Below, piece by piece: positions 1-9,619 of a stretch of 64,000 nucleotides of DNA. The stretch lies in contig CAWKMU010000003.1 of the NCBI GenBank assembly GCA_963850905.1, forward strand, positions 3,264,001 through 3,328,000. Reading direction: 5' to 3'. Positions within the stretch are counted from its first letter, which is position 1. Each line of letters opens with the position of its first letter. Origin of the DNA: an uncultured Gemmatimonadales bacterium. Its GTDB lineage: Bacteria > Gemmatimonadota > Gemmatimonadetes > Gemmatimonadales > Gemmatimonadaceae. Both the position numbers and the translations under genes were made by a program. The notes below the pieces were generated by a model. It saw nothing but the letters and a program-made list of their open reading frames with translations, had not been told where the DNA came from and searched no databases.

Positions 1-131
1 GGACGGCCGCTGTCGGCCGCGGACTTCTGCGCAGGCGTGAGCCCTACGGTTTGGGCCGCCGCCATCGGCGCGGCGAATGCGATCGTTGCCGACACCAGCG
101 CCGCGCCCAGCGGACGAGACCATGTTCGCAT
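1..131 (-). CDS. 5' end of a secreted protein, possibly DUF305 family (runs off the window)
   Basis: ATG at 131 after GGGAGAG. Reads MRTWSRPLGAALVSATIAFAAPMAAAQTVGLTPAQKSAADSGR (signal peptide). The 'ADSGR' segment recalls DUF305 N-termini, a weak resemblance. Confidence 0.45.
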   Translation of the reverse strand, partial: MRTWSRPLGAALVSATIAFAAPMAAAQTVGLTPAQKSAADSGR

Positions 132-365
132 TCTTCTCACTCTCCCGGGACACCCACGGTGTGACTGCCTGGGCGGGGAGACACCGTGCCGTCATCGCCC
201 AGGCCCCGGCGACCCTCTGCACTCGCCGGAATCGGAGAACGTACGCCCTCTTTTCCGGGTTGGAAAGAGGCGACCCGCGGGGCCCCATCACGCACGGCAC
301 GCCGTTATCGTTCGCCGTTATCGCTCGCCATTGCGGTCATCGTTCGCTCATTTCATCCCCGGTTC

Positions 366-1826
366 ATGCGTCCAGCGACACACAAGCAGCCGCACCGATC
401 CTGGCAGTGCGGGCTGCGTCTGGCGACACAGCTCGTCGTCGTCGCCGCACTTCCGCAAGCGTGCAAGACGGCGGGGCAGGGCACCGCAGCGGCGCCGAGC
501 GACCGAGATCGCCTCGTCACCCGCATCGATAGCCTGGTGGACGCGTACCGCGTCGCGGACCACGCACCGGGGACTTCAGTCGGCGTCGTGCACGGATCGG
601 ACACCCTGGTGCTCAAGGGGTTTGGGTTCGCCAATGTCGAAGACAGCGTCCCGGCGACTGCGGCGACGGTGTACCGCATCGGCTCCATCACGAAGCAGTT
701 CACCGCCGCGGCCATCCTGCAACTCGTCGAGCAGGGTAAGGTCCAGCTCGACGCCCCGGTGTCGACCTATCTGCCCCACTTTCCCCGGGAAGGTGGGCGA
801 GCGACCATAAGACAGCTGCTCACGCACACGTCCGGGCTGCCGAACTATACCGAGCTCCCTGCATTCGCCGATGTGCGACGCACCGATCTGGCGGACGGCC
901 AGCTCGTAGCGCTCTTCGGGGGGCGGCCGCTCGATTTTCCGCCCGGGACTCGATGGCACTACAGCAACTCGGGGTATTACACCCTGGGGCTTGTGCTGCA
1001 GCAGTTGGGCGGTGTGCCCTACGCCGTCTACCTGGACCAGACGATCCTCAAGCCGGTGGGACTGGCGCACACGCTCTACTGCAGCGTCGAGCCTCTTGTC
1101 CCGCACCGCGCGGCGGGCTATTCGGTCACGAGCAACGAGGTCGTCAACGCGTCCTATCTCAGCATGCACCTGCCAGGTGCGGCAGGTGCCCTCTGCTCGA
1201 CGGTCGGCGACCTGCTGCACTGGCAACAGGCGCTCGTCGGAGGCCGCGTCGTCCGTCCGGAGACGTACCGCGAGATGACGACCCCGGCAGTGCTGCGCGA
1301 CGGGACGCATCCCACCTACGGCTTTGCCCTTGGTGTCTACACACTGCATGGCCACGCCGCCGTGGAGCATTCGGGGGGCATCAACGGGTTCAGTGCTGAT
1401 CTGGCGTACTACCCGGCGGACAGTCTCTCAGTCGTCGTGCTCATGAACAGTGACGGCGGTGACGCCTCGCTCCTCGCCCGCCGCGTTGCCGAGCTCGTGA
1501 TGCACACCCCCGACGAAGGCGGCCTCGATCTCGCCGTCGACGCGTCGAGTGCCCAGCGGTATGTCGGGACGTACACCGCCGACGCGGGACAGCCGCGGAT
1601 CGAGCAGCGCGGCAGCCACCTGGTGCTTGTCGAGCAGGACGAGCATTCGTTGCGGTTCCAGGGGCATGACCGGTTCGTGACCGCGGATGACCACGATACC
1701 CAGCTGCGATTCACGGTCGTCGAGGGCCGCGCCCGCGCACTGACGATTACCGACCCCGATGGTACGCCGCACGAGTTCACTCGCGCCGCCAACGCAGCCG
1801 TCCCGGCCAAGCAGGGAAGAGGCTGA
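366..1826 (+). CDS. Serine hydrolase, beta-lactamase class C / D-aminopeptidase-like, probably a lipoprotein
   Basis: SxxK (GSITKQF), YSN and HSG motifs; LLTHTSG; hydrophobic stretch ending in Cys. Start is uncertain (ORF open from 186). Confidence 0.9.
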   Translation: MRPATHKQPHRSWQCGLRLATQLVVVAALPQACKTAGQGTAAAPSDRDRLVTRIDSLVDAYRVADHAPGTSVGVVHGSDTLVLKGFGFANVEDSVPATAATVYRIGSITKQFTAAAILQLVEQGKVQLDAPVSTYLPHFPREGGRATIRQLLTHTSGLPNYTELPAFADVRRTDLADGQLVALFGGRPLDFPPGTRWHYSNSGYYTLGLVLQQLGGVPYAVYLDQTILKPVGLAHTLYCSVEPLVPHRAAGYSVTSNEVVNASYLSMHLPGAAGALCSTVGDLLHWQQALVGGRVVRPETYREMTTPAVLRDGTHPTYGFALGVYTLHGHAAVEHSGGINGFSADLAYYPADSLSVVVLMNSDGGDASLLARRVAELVMHTPDEGGLDLAVDASSAQRYVGTYTADAGQPRIEQRGSHLVLVEQDEHSLRFQGHDRFVTADDHDTQLRFTVVEGRARALTITDPDGTPHEFTRAANAAVPAKQGRG

Positions 1827-1864
1827 GAGGCGGCACAGCCACCCTCACCAGCCCGTCGGCTTGT

Positions 1865-1890
1865 TCCCTGACCCCTGACCCCTGATCCCC
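1865..1890. repeat. Short heptamer tandem repeat (CCCCTGA)x~3
   Basis: tccctga-cccctga-cccctga-tcccc between convergent stop codons. Confidence 0.6.
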
Positions 1891-1894
1891 GCAG

Positions 1895-3931
1895 TTACTT
1901 GAGCTTCATGCTCTGAAAGACGTTGCTGAATCCGTCTGTCCACGCCTGAAATCCAGCCGGAGCGCGGGCGGGCGACATGGTGGCGCCCTGGAAGCTCGGG
2001 GCACTGAACCAGGTCGTGTCGTCCGTCACGAGCACCCACGTCGACGAAGAGAAGTACGGCGCGCCCGAGCCATCGTCGTCCACCACCACGGCGTGTTTGC
2101 CAAGCGATTCGGCGCCGCGCGCGCAGACCGGCGCGAGGTCGAGGTACCGGTTGGAGATGTGCAGCGCGAGGATGCCGTCCGGCTTGAGGTGCCGGAAATA
2201 CAGTGCGAGCGCCTCGTTCGTGAGCAGGTGAACCGGAATCGCATCGCCCGTGAAGGCGTCCACCGATAGCAGATCGAAGTCTTGGTTGTCCTGCCGCTCG
2301 AGCGTGAGTCGCGCGTCGCCGAGCAGGATCCGCTTGTCAGCCGCGAGGTGGGGGTAGAAGGAGAACTCCGTTTCCGCTATGTGCGGCACCAGCGGATTGA
2401 TGTCGTAGATGCGGTACACATCGCCAGGCCGGCCGTAGCTGGTCAGCACACCTGCTCCCAATCCGATGCTGCCAACGCGGATCGGCCTGCCGGCTTCCAA
2501 CGCCAACAACGCGCGGCCGACCCCGGACTTGGGACCGTAGTAGTCGGTCGGCTCGTACCGGCGCGCCGAGTCCAACAGCTGCGACCCATGAACAATGGCG
2601 CCATTGTACAACGTGCGAACGCGATAGCCGACATCCGGCGGATCATCCCGCACTTCCAGCACGCCGTAGAAATTCCGAGCCAGGAGGCGATACCCCGCAC
2701 GCCCTAGCCGCTCCTCGCGAACAATGTAGCCTGCGAGCACGACGGTGGCAGCCACGAGCAGCATGCGGAATGGCCAGAGCCCAATGTCCGGGAGGTTGAC
2801 TCGCCAGAGGACGATCAGCCCGATCACCGCGCAGGCGACGACTCCGATCGGCAGCTCGAGGTACGTGTCGAACACCCGTGGCGCGACCAAAACCACGAAC
2901 AATCCGCCCAGGGCCCCGCCCAGCGCCACCATGAGATAGAAGAGTGTCAGGTACTGCGGCGCGGGACGGCGGCGGGCGAGCTCACCGTGACAGACCATGC
3001 AGCACACGAAGAGGCCGCCCGCAAACAACGCCAACAACTTCTTGCTCGGCGAGCCCGCCCACATGAAATGCGCCATGGCCGCGAGCACAACGGCGAGGAG
3101 TGGGAGGAACAGCCACCGCTGATACAACCGGTCGCTCTCGAAGGCGAGGATGAAAGTCGCGAGATACGCGGCGAGCGGCACCACCCAAAGCAGGGGGATC
3201 GGCGCGATGTCCTGGCTCATGTGGTGCGTCGTCGCGATCAGCAGCGTCGACGCACACGCCGCCGCCGCAATCCAGAATACGATGGTCCCCACACCCGGCT
3301 GAACCGCCAGCGACGGCGCTCGCAGCGTCGCCGCTTCGCGCGGGATGCCGTCGCGTCGGCTGACCCATGCAACAGTGATACAGAGCAGTACGAAGGCGAC
3401 GTAGCTGCCCGACCAGGTGAATGCCTGTTGCCGTGATGTCAGCCAGGGCTCGACGAGAAAGGGGAAGCTCAATAACGCGAGCAGCGAGCCGAAGTTGGAG
3501 AGCGCAAATAGGCGATAGGGGACGGCGCGGTCGCGCTGGCGCACGTACCAGGCTTGCAACAGTGGACTCGTGGCCGACAGTAGGAAGTAAGGCAGCCCGA
3601 TGCTGACGGTGAGGGTCGCGATGATCCGAAGTGCGGGCTCACGAGGGTCGCTCGGCTTGAGCCAAGCGGGGGGCAGAATCGGCAAGAGCGCACAGCTCAC
3701 CGCAAGCAACACGGCGTGGATCCCAACCTGGGCCCTGGGGCGCACGAAGCGGACGAGAGCGTGCGCGTACGCGTAGCCGGCGAGGAGAACGATCTGAAAG
3801 AAGAGCAGTGCCGCGCTCCATACGGCAGCTGACCCGCCAAACCACGGGAGGATGATCTTCGCGATCAGCGGCTCGACTTGAAACAACAGGAACGCTGCGA
3901 GGAAGATCGTGACCGCAAACAGAGCTGTCAT
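1895..3931 (-). CDS. Fused multi-TM membrane domain / spermidine-synthase-like SAM-dependent transferase
   Basis: About 12 TM helices followed by IGLGAG (SAM-binding), GDAR, and DAF...IPVHLLT motifs. Confidence 0.88.
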   Translation of the reverse strand: MTALFAVTIFLAAFLLFQVEPLIAKIILPWFGGSAAVWSAALLFFQIVLLAGYAYAHALVRFVRPRAQVGIHAVLLAVSCALLPILPPAWLKPSDPREPALRIIATLTVSIGLPYFLLSATSPLLQAWYVRQRDRAVPYRLFALSNFGSLLALLSFPFLVEPWLTSRQQAFTWSGSYVAFVLLCITVAWVSRRDGIPREAATLRAPSLAVQPGVGTIVFWIAAAACASTLLIATTHHMSQDIAPIPLLWVVPLAAYLATFILAFESDRLYQRWLFLPLLAVVLAAMAHFMWAGSPSKKLLALFAGGLFVCCMVCHGELARRRPAPQYLTLFYLMVALGGALGGLFVVLVAPRVFDTYLELPIGVVACAVIGLIVLWRVNLPDIGLWPFRMLLVAATVVLAGYIVREERLGRAGYRLLARNFYGVLEVRDDPPDVGYRVRTLYNGAIVHGSQLLDSARRYEPTDYYGPKSGVGRALLALEAGRPIRVGSIGLGAGVLTSYGRPGDVYRIYDINPLVPHIAETEFSFYPHLAADKRILLGDARLTLERQDNQDFDLLSVDAFTGDAIPVHLLTNEALALYFRHLKPDGILALHISNRYLDLAPVCARGAESLGKHAVVVDDDGSGAPYFSSSTWVLVTDDTTWFSAPSFQGATMSPARAPAGFQAWTDGFSNVFQSMKLK

Positions 3932-4019
3932 CGGTGGGCGGCAAACCTAGCCGCCCACCTGCGGCCATGCTAGCCGCGAGCGCGCCGGCCTGGTCGGCCG
4001 GCGCGCCAGACTCGCCCGG

Positions 4020-4457
4020 CTATTCCTTCTTCGGCTTCGGTGGCGGACAGACCCGCTCGGCCGTGGGCTTCGTGGGGTCCTTCACGCAGGGTGGGGGCGG
4101 CGGGTTGACAACGGGCCCGACAGCCTTGCCGTTCAATGAGGTGAGGGATTCCGACCCGCCGGACGTGGGGCCGGTGAGTACCTTGGGGCTGGCGGCCCCA
4201 ATTTCCTTGGTGATCACGACAGGCTGATGGGTCGTCATTCCTTTCCCCGTGTCGCCACTACTAGGCGGGGTGAGCTTCAGACCGCCATGGTACGCATTGC
4301 ACAGAGTCGCCGACGCCGCCGTCGTGCCATCGATGCACGCCACCGGCGTCGACCCATCAGACGGATTCTGCGCGTGCGCGGCGCCGGGGATGCAGCACAA
4401 ACCGACCGACATGAGTGCAGAGACGCTGACTGTGAGACGTTTGGCGAGGCACATCAT
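4020..4457 (-). CDS. Small secreted protein with a DUF3761-like CxDG...C...HGG motif and an Hcp-like segment
   Basis: GGGAG RBS; signal peptide ending AHA-Q; ACIDGT...CNAYHGG; HQPVVITKEIGAASPKVL; Pro-rich tail with two Cys. Confidence 0.65.
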   Translation of the reverse strand: MMCLAKRLTVSVSALMSVGLCCIPGAAHAQNPSDGSTPVACIDGTTAASATLCNAYHGGLKLTPPSSGDTGKGMTTHQPVVITKEIGAASPKVLTGPTSGGSESLTSLNGKAVGPVVNPPPPPCVKDPTKPTAERVCPPPKPKKE

Positions 4458-4582
4458 GGCTCCCGTGACAGAAGGTCATGCACACAAGGATGCCGGAGAC
4501 TCACCTGCCGCAGCCAATACTTTGTTCTGAAGCTCGAGATAGCCTGCGACTATGAGCAGTCTGTGCACGAGCCATCCCTCGC

Positions 4583-4611
4583 CGGGTAGGGGCGACGCAT
4601 GCGTCGCCCTC
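4583..4611. repeat. GTAG-type REP-like palindrome, copy 1
   Basis: CGGGTAGGGGCGACGCATGCGTCGCCCTC, identical to 23635-23663. Confidence 0.8.
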
Positions 4612-4733
4612 TGCGGCATCCGCCGGGATGCGGGCGTGTTATCGCGATCCGCCGTGTGGTGGAGACGCCTCGCGATGACGCGCTCAACCACAGCACGTAA
4701 CCGCGGTGTAGCGAAGCCGCCGCTCACTCTTTC

Positions 4734-7022
4734 GTGAGGCAGACCATGCGATGGGTTCTCGGACTGTGTTGCGTCGCCTTCTTTGCGCCGCGGGGCGCGC
4801 ACGCCCAGAGCACGCAGGACGGGTGGGGCTGGAATGCATATGGTGGCGACCCGGGCGGCAGCCGCTACGCGCCGCTCGCGCAGATCGACCCCGCCAATGT
4901 CGGTCAGCTGCGGCTCGCCTGGATCGCGCGCACCGGCGACTTTCTCACGGATCGCGGCCGGTTCGAGGCTACCCCCATCCTGGCCGGCGGCACGCTGTAC
5001 GTTTCTACCCCCCTCGGCAGTGTTCTCGCCTTGGATCCTGCAACCGGCGCGGAGCGCTGGAAGTTTGACGGGCCGGTTCGCTTCGGCTACAACGACTACG
5101 GCGACTTCGCCAACCGGGGAGTGGCGGAGTGGGGCAACGGCACCTCCGCGCAAGTGTGCGCGCTCCGCATCTTCGTGGCCACGGTGAATGCGCGATTGAT
5201 CGCGCTCGATGGCCGCACGGGAAAGCCATGCAGCGATTTCGGTGACAACGGGACCGTCGATCTCACCGTCGGGTTGCGTCACCCGCCGGCATACCATTGG
5301 GAGTACGGCGTCACGTCTCCCCCGATCGTTGTCAAAGATCTGGTGATCCTCGGATCGGCGGTCCCCGATAATCACCGCACCGACGCGCCCGACGGCGTCG
5401 TCCGAGCGTTCGATGTGCGGACGGGTGCGCTCCGCTGGAGCTTCGACCCGATTCCGCGTGAGCCCAACCAGTCCGGATATGAGAGTTGGGTCGGACCGAC
5501 GGCGCACAATACAGGCGCCGGCAACGCGTGGAGCATCTTTTCCGCCGACACCGCCCGCGACCTCGTCTTCGTCCCAACCGGGAGTGCGAGCCCCGACTTC
5601 TATGGCGGGGAGCGTCGTGGCGACAACCACTTTGCGAATTGCGTGATCGCCCTTCGCGCGTCCACGGGCGCGATGGTGTGGGCGTTTCAGGTAGTTCATC
5701 ACGACCTCTGGGACTACGATGTCCCCGCGCAACCGGTGTTGTTCACGTGGACACAGAATGGACAACGTGTCCCCGCCGTGGCCGTCGCAACGAAGATGGG
5801 CCACCTGTTCATCCTCGACCGCATGACCGGGAAGCCGCTCGTGCCGGTGACCGAGCGGCCCGTCCCCGCCAGCGACGTCCCCGGCGAACAGGCGTCCGCG
5901 ACTCAGCCCTTCCCACCACCCGCGTATCGCTTCGCGCCCGAGTCACTCGCGTCGCAGGAGGCGTTTGGCGTGACTGACGCGGCCCGCGCACAATGCCGTG
6001 CACGCATCGCGGCGCTGCGCTTCCGTGGCATCTTTACCCCGCCATCATTGCAAGGCACCATCATTTGGCCCGGGAACATCGGCGGCATGAATTGGTCCGG
6101 CGTGTCGGTGGACGATCGCCGCGGCATCCTCATCGCCCCGACCAATCGTCTTGCGATGGTCGTGCGCCTCTTTCCGCGTGACAGCCTCCGCACCGTGGCG
6201 ACCGCGCATCCGGACCTGGAGTACGGTCGACAAACCGGGACTCCATACGCGATGAGCCGCGACAACCTCGGCACCTGCACCCCGCCACCCTGGGGTGCCC
6301 TGACGGCGTTTGATCTCACGCGCGGCCGCGTCATGTGGCAAGTCCCCCTCGGGTACATGCCGGCACTGGCAACCGTGCCTGGCAGCGCTCGCGCGTGGGG
6401 ATCGCTCAACCTCGGCGGCGCCCTGCTCACCGGGAGCGGTCTCGTGTTCGTCGCCGGCACATACGACCAGCACCTGCGCGCCTTCGACATCGAAACCGGC
6501 AAGGAGCGCTGGAGTGCCGAGCTCCCAGCCGCCGCGCAGGCGCTCCCCATGAGCTACGAAACCGGCGGTCGACAGTACGTCGTGATCGCCGCGGGGGGTC
6601 ACGATCGGCTCCACACGACCATGGGAGACTATGTGCTCGCCTTCACGCTCCCCACGCCGGGCGCCCCGGTTCTGGATACGACGGCCGGGCCGCTGGACGG
6701 TGAATGGAAGGGCGAGATGCACATCGGCGACGCGCGATTTGGGATGCGCGTGACGCTGCATTCCGCTGGCGGTTCGGTGACCGCGAGCGCGCAACTCGAT
6801 TCGATCGAGATCACGGGGCCGGTGACGGCTCGGCGAAGTGGCCGCGAGGTCACGGTGTCGTTCCCCCTGCGCTACGCGGCCAAGAACAACTGTACTGGCA
6901 CCCTCGCCACGACGCTCTCGCTCTGGAACGGAGGGTCATTATTGGAAGGCGGCGGCACTTTCGACGGTCCGTGCGCTGATCGTGGCCATCAAGAGGCAGC
7001 CTTCGTCTTCCGGCGCCCATAG
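4734..7022 (+). CDS. PQQ-dependent (quinoprotein glucose dehydrogenase family) dehydrogenase with signal peptide and C-terminal extension
   Basis: YGGDPGGSRYAPL, FEATP, HHDLWDYD, TKMG, GRQYVVIAAGGH; repeated ALD/W propeller motifs. Confidence 0.92.
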   Translation: MRQTMRWVLGLCCVAFFAPRGAHAQSTQDGWGWNAYGGDPGGSRYAPLAQIDPANVGQLRLAWIARTGDFLTDRGRFEATPILAGGTLYVSTPLGSVLALDPATGAERWKFDGPVRFGYNDYGDFANRGVAEWGNGTSAQVCALRIFVATVNARLIALDGRTGKPCSDFGDNGTVDLTVGLRHPPAYHWEYGVTSPPIVVKDLVILGSAVPDNHRTDAPDGVVRAFDVRTGALRWSFDPIPREPNQSGYESWVGPTAHNTGAGNAWSIFSADTARDLVFVPTGSASPDFYGGERRGDNHFANCVIALRASTGAMVWAFQVVHHDLWDYDVPAQPVLFTWTQNGQRVPAVAVATKMGHLFILDRMTGKPLVPVTERPVPASDVPGEQASATQPFPPPAYRFAPESLASQEAFGVTDAARAQCRARIAALRFRGIFTPPSLQGTIIWPGNIGGMNWSGVSVDDRRGILIAPTNRLAMVVRLFPRDSLRTVATAHPDLEYGRQTGTPYAMSRDNLGTCTPPPWGALTAFDLTRGRVMWQVPLGYMPALATVPGSARAWGSLNLGGALLTGSGLVFVAGTYDQHLRAFDIETGKERWSAELPAAAQALPMSYETGGRQYVVIAAGGHDRLHTTMGDYVLAFTLPTPGAPVLDTTAGPLDGEWKGEMHIGDARFGMRVTLHSAGGSVTASAQLDSIEITGPVTARRSGREVTVSFPLRYAAKNNCTGTLATTLSLWNGGSLLEGGGTFDGPCADRGHQEAAFVFRRP

Positions 7023-7112
7023 CGTGCACGCGTCGCCCGCACGAGTCCACAGCCCGGCGGGCGGTAGCGCCCGCGGTGCTCGATCGTCCCTCAATCAAGC
7101 CGCGCGCCAACC

Positions 7113-7499
7113 GTGTTGCACGCAACCACCCGAACTACGACGACCATGGCAGCTGGGATCATCGCCGCCGCGGGCGCGGCCGCGGGGGCGGCCGCAAAGC
7201 AGATGGCGGACACGCTCGAGCGGTTCCGCGTCGCCGACGCGACGGCCCCCGACCGCGCGCAATCGTTGGACAGCCTCGGGTTGCAGCACCTCGGAGTGGT
7301 CAGCCGCCTCACCACCGTGGGCGTCATTCTGCCCGGGACGCGGCCCGGTCGGTTCTACCTCAGTGAAGTGGCGCTCGCTGCGTACCAGCGCCAGCAGACT
7401 GGCCGACAGCGCATCATGGCGATCGCCGCCGTCGGGATTGCGCTGCTCTGCATGTTGGCCGGCGTTGCGATGCTCGTGGCAACCAAGCACGCACGCTGA
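7113..7499 (+). CDS. Hypothetical protein with C-terminal TM helix
   Basis: Soluble core (possibly winged-helix-like) followed by a hydrophobic tail; start uncertain. Confidence 0.6.
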   Translation: MLHATTRTTTTMAAGIIAAAGAAAGAAAKQMADTLERFRVADATAPDRAQSLDSLGLQHLGVVSRLTTVGVILPGTRPGRFYLSEVALAAYQRQQTGRQRIMAIAAVGIALLCMLAGVAMLVATKHAR

Positions 7500-7515
7500 C
7501 GCGCGAAACGGGGCG

Positions 7516-7818
7516 CTAACTGCCGATGCGGGTTTGCACCGAGCCGGAGCTGACGGGGATCGCGCCATTCGCGGGCGGAAGCGCACGGGTCGCCTGCGCG
7601 AGCTCCGACCGTAGCGCATACACCTCGCCGCGCAGCTGCGCGATCTGCGCCACGATGTCAATCGCGTCCGAGTGCCGCAGCGTCCGCTGACGAAATCGCT
7701 CCACGAACGCGCCGCGAATGGACGGAAAGCACATCAGGCCGAAGAACGTGCAGGCTCCCATCCCGACGATCGGACCGATGAGTTCCGACCACATTGCGAT
7801 GGTTTGTGGATCGCCCAT
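7516..7818 (-). CDS. Small membrane protein with coiled-coil
   Basis: AGGAG RBS; one TM helix, then IAQLRGEVYALRSELAQ heptad pattern. Confidence 0.7.
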   Translation of the reverse strand: MGDPQTIAMWSELIGPIVGMGACTFFGLMCFPSIRGAFVERFRQRTLRHSDAIDIVAQIAQLRGEVYALRSELAQATRALPPANGAIPVSSGSVQTRIGS

Positions 7819-8054
7819 GAGGGTTTGGTTCTCCTGTCGAAAGGGCCAGTCTGAAAGGCGGGTGACGGGCGGCGGCGTTGCGCTCCAGAAAGTAGACCTG
7901 CAGAGAGTAGAAAAATAGACCAGGCGGCCCTTTTCTCCTTTCTACTTTCCGTGCTTCGACTCTCTCGGGCGCTCTAGCGCCCGCCGCCCCTCACGCGTCA
8001 TCCGTTCTCCCTACGCATGCTCCCGGTACCGTGTTTCGGCGGTAACTTTGTGGG

Positions 8055-9617
8055 ATGCCGGTGTCTCGCGACACCCCCATCCTCATCGTCGGCGCGGGTC
8101 CAACGGGCCTGGTCCTCGCGCTGTGGCTGACCCGCCTGGGTGTGCGCGTTCGCATCATTGATAAGACGGCAGAGCCAGGCACGACGTCTCGGGCGCTCGG
8201 CGTCCACGCACGCACGTTGGAGCTCTATCGGCAGATCGGCATCGCCGACGCCGTGGTGGCCGCAGGCCTCCCCAACGTGGCGATCAATCTGTGGGTTGCG
8301 GGCACACGTATCGCGCACGTCCCACTGGACAACGTGGGCGAAGGACTGAGCCCGTTCCCATTCCTCCTCATCTATCCGCAAGACGCACACGAGCGCCTCC
8401 TAATCTCGCGACTGGCAGACTCGGGGGTGACCGTGGAGCGGCGGACGGAGCTCGTTCGGTTCGAGCAGGACAACACGAACGTTCGCGCAACGGTACGAGG
8501 ACCGAGTGGTACCGAAGAACAGTGCACCATTCGGTACCTGGCCGGCTGCGATGGCGCGCACTCAACGGTGCGTGAAGGGCTTGGCATCGGGTTTCCGGGA
8601 GGGACGTACACACGGGTGTTCTACGTCGCCAATGTCTCGGCGGCCGGGCCCGTCACCAACCACGAGTTGCACGTGGATCTCGACCAAGCCGACTTCCTGG
8701 CGGTCTTCCCACTGCGGGGCGCAGGTCGCGTGCGTCTCGTCGGCACCCTCCGTGAGGAGCTCGATCGCGACCCAGATGAGTTGACGTTCCAGGACGTCCG
8801 CGGGCGCGCGCTCAGCCAGCTTCAGCTCGAAGTGACTGACGTGAATTGGTTCTCGACGTACCGCGTGCACCACCGCGTCGCGCAGAGCTTCCGGCGCGGC
8901 CGCGTCTTTCTCCTCGGCGACGCGGCGCACATCCACAGCCCTGTCGGCGCGCAGGGGATGAACACCGGCATCGGTGATGCCGTGAACCTGTCGTGGAAAC
9001 TGGCCAACGTCCTGCAGGACAGGGGGCCCGCGGCACTGCTCGACAGCTATGAGCCCGAACGCATCGCCTTCGCTCGCCGGCTTGTGGCCACGACCGATCG
9101 CGTGTTCACGATCGCCTCGAGCGATGGTCCCCTCGCTCGGCGAGTCAGGACGACGATCCTGCCCGCGGTGGCCGGCCCACTGCTTCGCCTGCGCGCGGCG
9201 CGGCGCTTTCTCTTCAAGACCGCGTCGCAGATCGAGATCGAATATCGACACAGCCCACTCAGCGAAGGCCAAACGGGACGCGTTCACGGCGGTGACCGCC
9301 TGCCGTGGATCCCCAATGGCCACGCCCCAGACGGAGCTCCTCAGGACAATTTCACGCCCCTTGGGTCGCTGAGTTGGCAAGTACACGTGTACGGCGACGC
9401 GCGCTCGGAGCTGCAGGACGGATGCACAGCGATGGGACTGCAACTCTGCGTGTTCCCGTGGACAGGAGCGGCCGGGCGTGCCGGCTTCACACGCGATGCG
9501 ATGTACCTGGTCCGGCCCGATGGGTATGTCGCCCTGGCGAGCGCGGTCGGAGGAGTTGATGCCCTGACACGATACGTGGCCTCGCGCGGGATCGGCCAGC
9601 GAGCGCGCCCTCCCTGA
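8055..9617 (+). CDS. FAD-dependent monooxygenase (PheA/TfdB family)
   Basis: GAGPTG, GCDGAHS, GDAAHIHSPVGAQGMNTG; C-terminal thioredoxin-like VRPDGYV. Confidence 0.93.
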   Translation: MPVSRDTPILIVGAGPTGLVLALWLTRLGVRVRIIDKTAEPGTTSRALGVHARTLELYRQIGIADAVVAAGLPNVAINLWVAGTRIAHVPLDNVGEGLSPFPFLLIYPQDAHERLLISRLADSGVTVERRTELVRFEQDNTNVRATVRGPSGTEEQCTIRYLAGCDGAHSTVREGLGIGFPGGTYTRVFYVANVSAAGPVTNHELHVDLDQADFLAVFPLRGAGRVRLVGTLREELDRDPDELTFQDVRGRALSQLQLEVTDVNWFSTYRVHHRVAQSFRRGRVFLLGDAAHIHSPVGAQGMNTGIGDAVNLSWKLANVLQDRGPAALLDSYEPERIAFARRLVATTDRVFTIASSDGPLARRVRTTILPAVAGPLLRLRAARRFLFKTASQIEIEYRHSPLSEGQTGRVHGGDRLPWIPNGHAPDGAPQDNFTPLGSLSWQVHVYGDARSELQDGCTAMGLQLCVFPWTGAAGRAGFTRDAMYLVRPDGYVALASAVGGVDALTRYVASRGIGQRARPP

Positions 9618-9619
9618 CC

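Noticed and set aside
4476..5804. Long antisense/shadow ORFs (e.g. 4476-5804, 8562-9725, 33102-34403, 44298-45482)
   Set aside because: They lie opposite well-supported genes and are expected in high-GC DNA.
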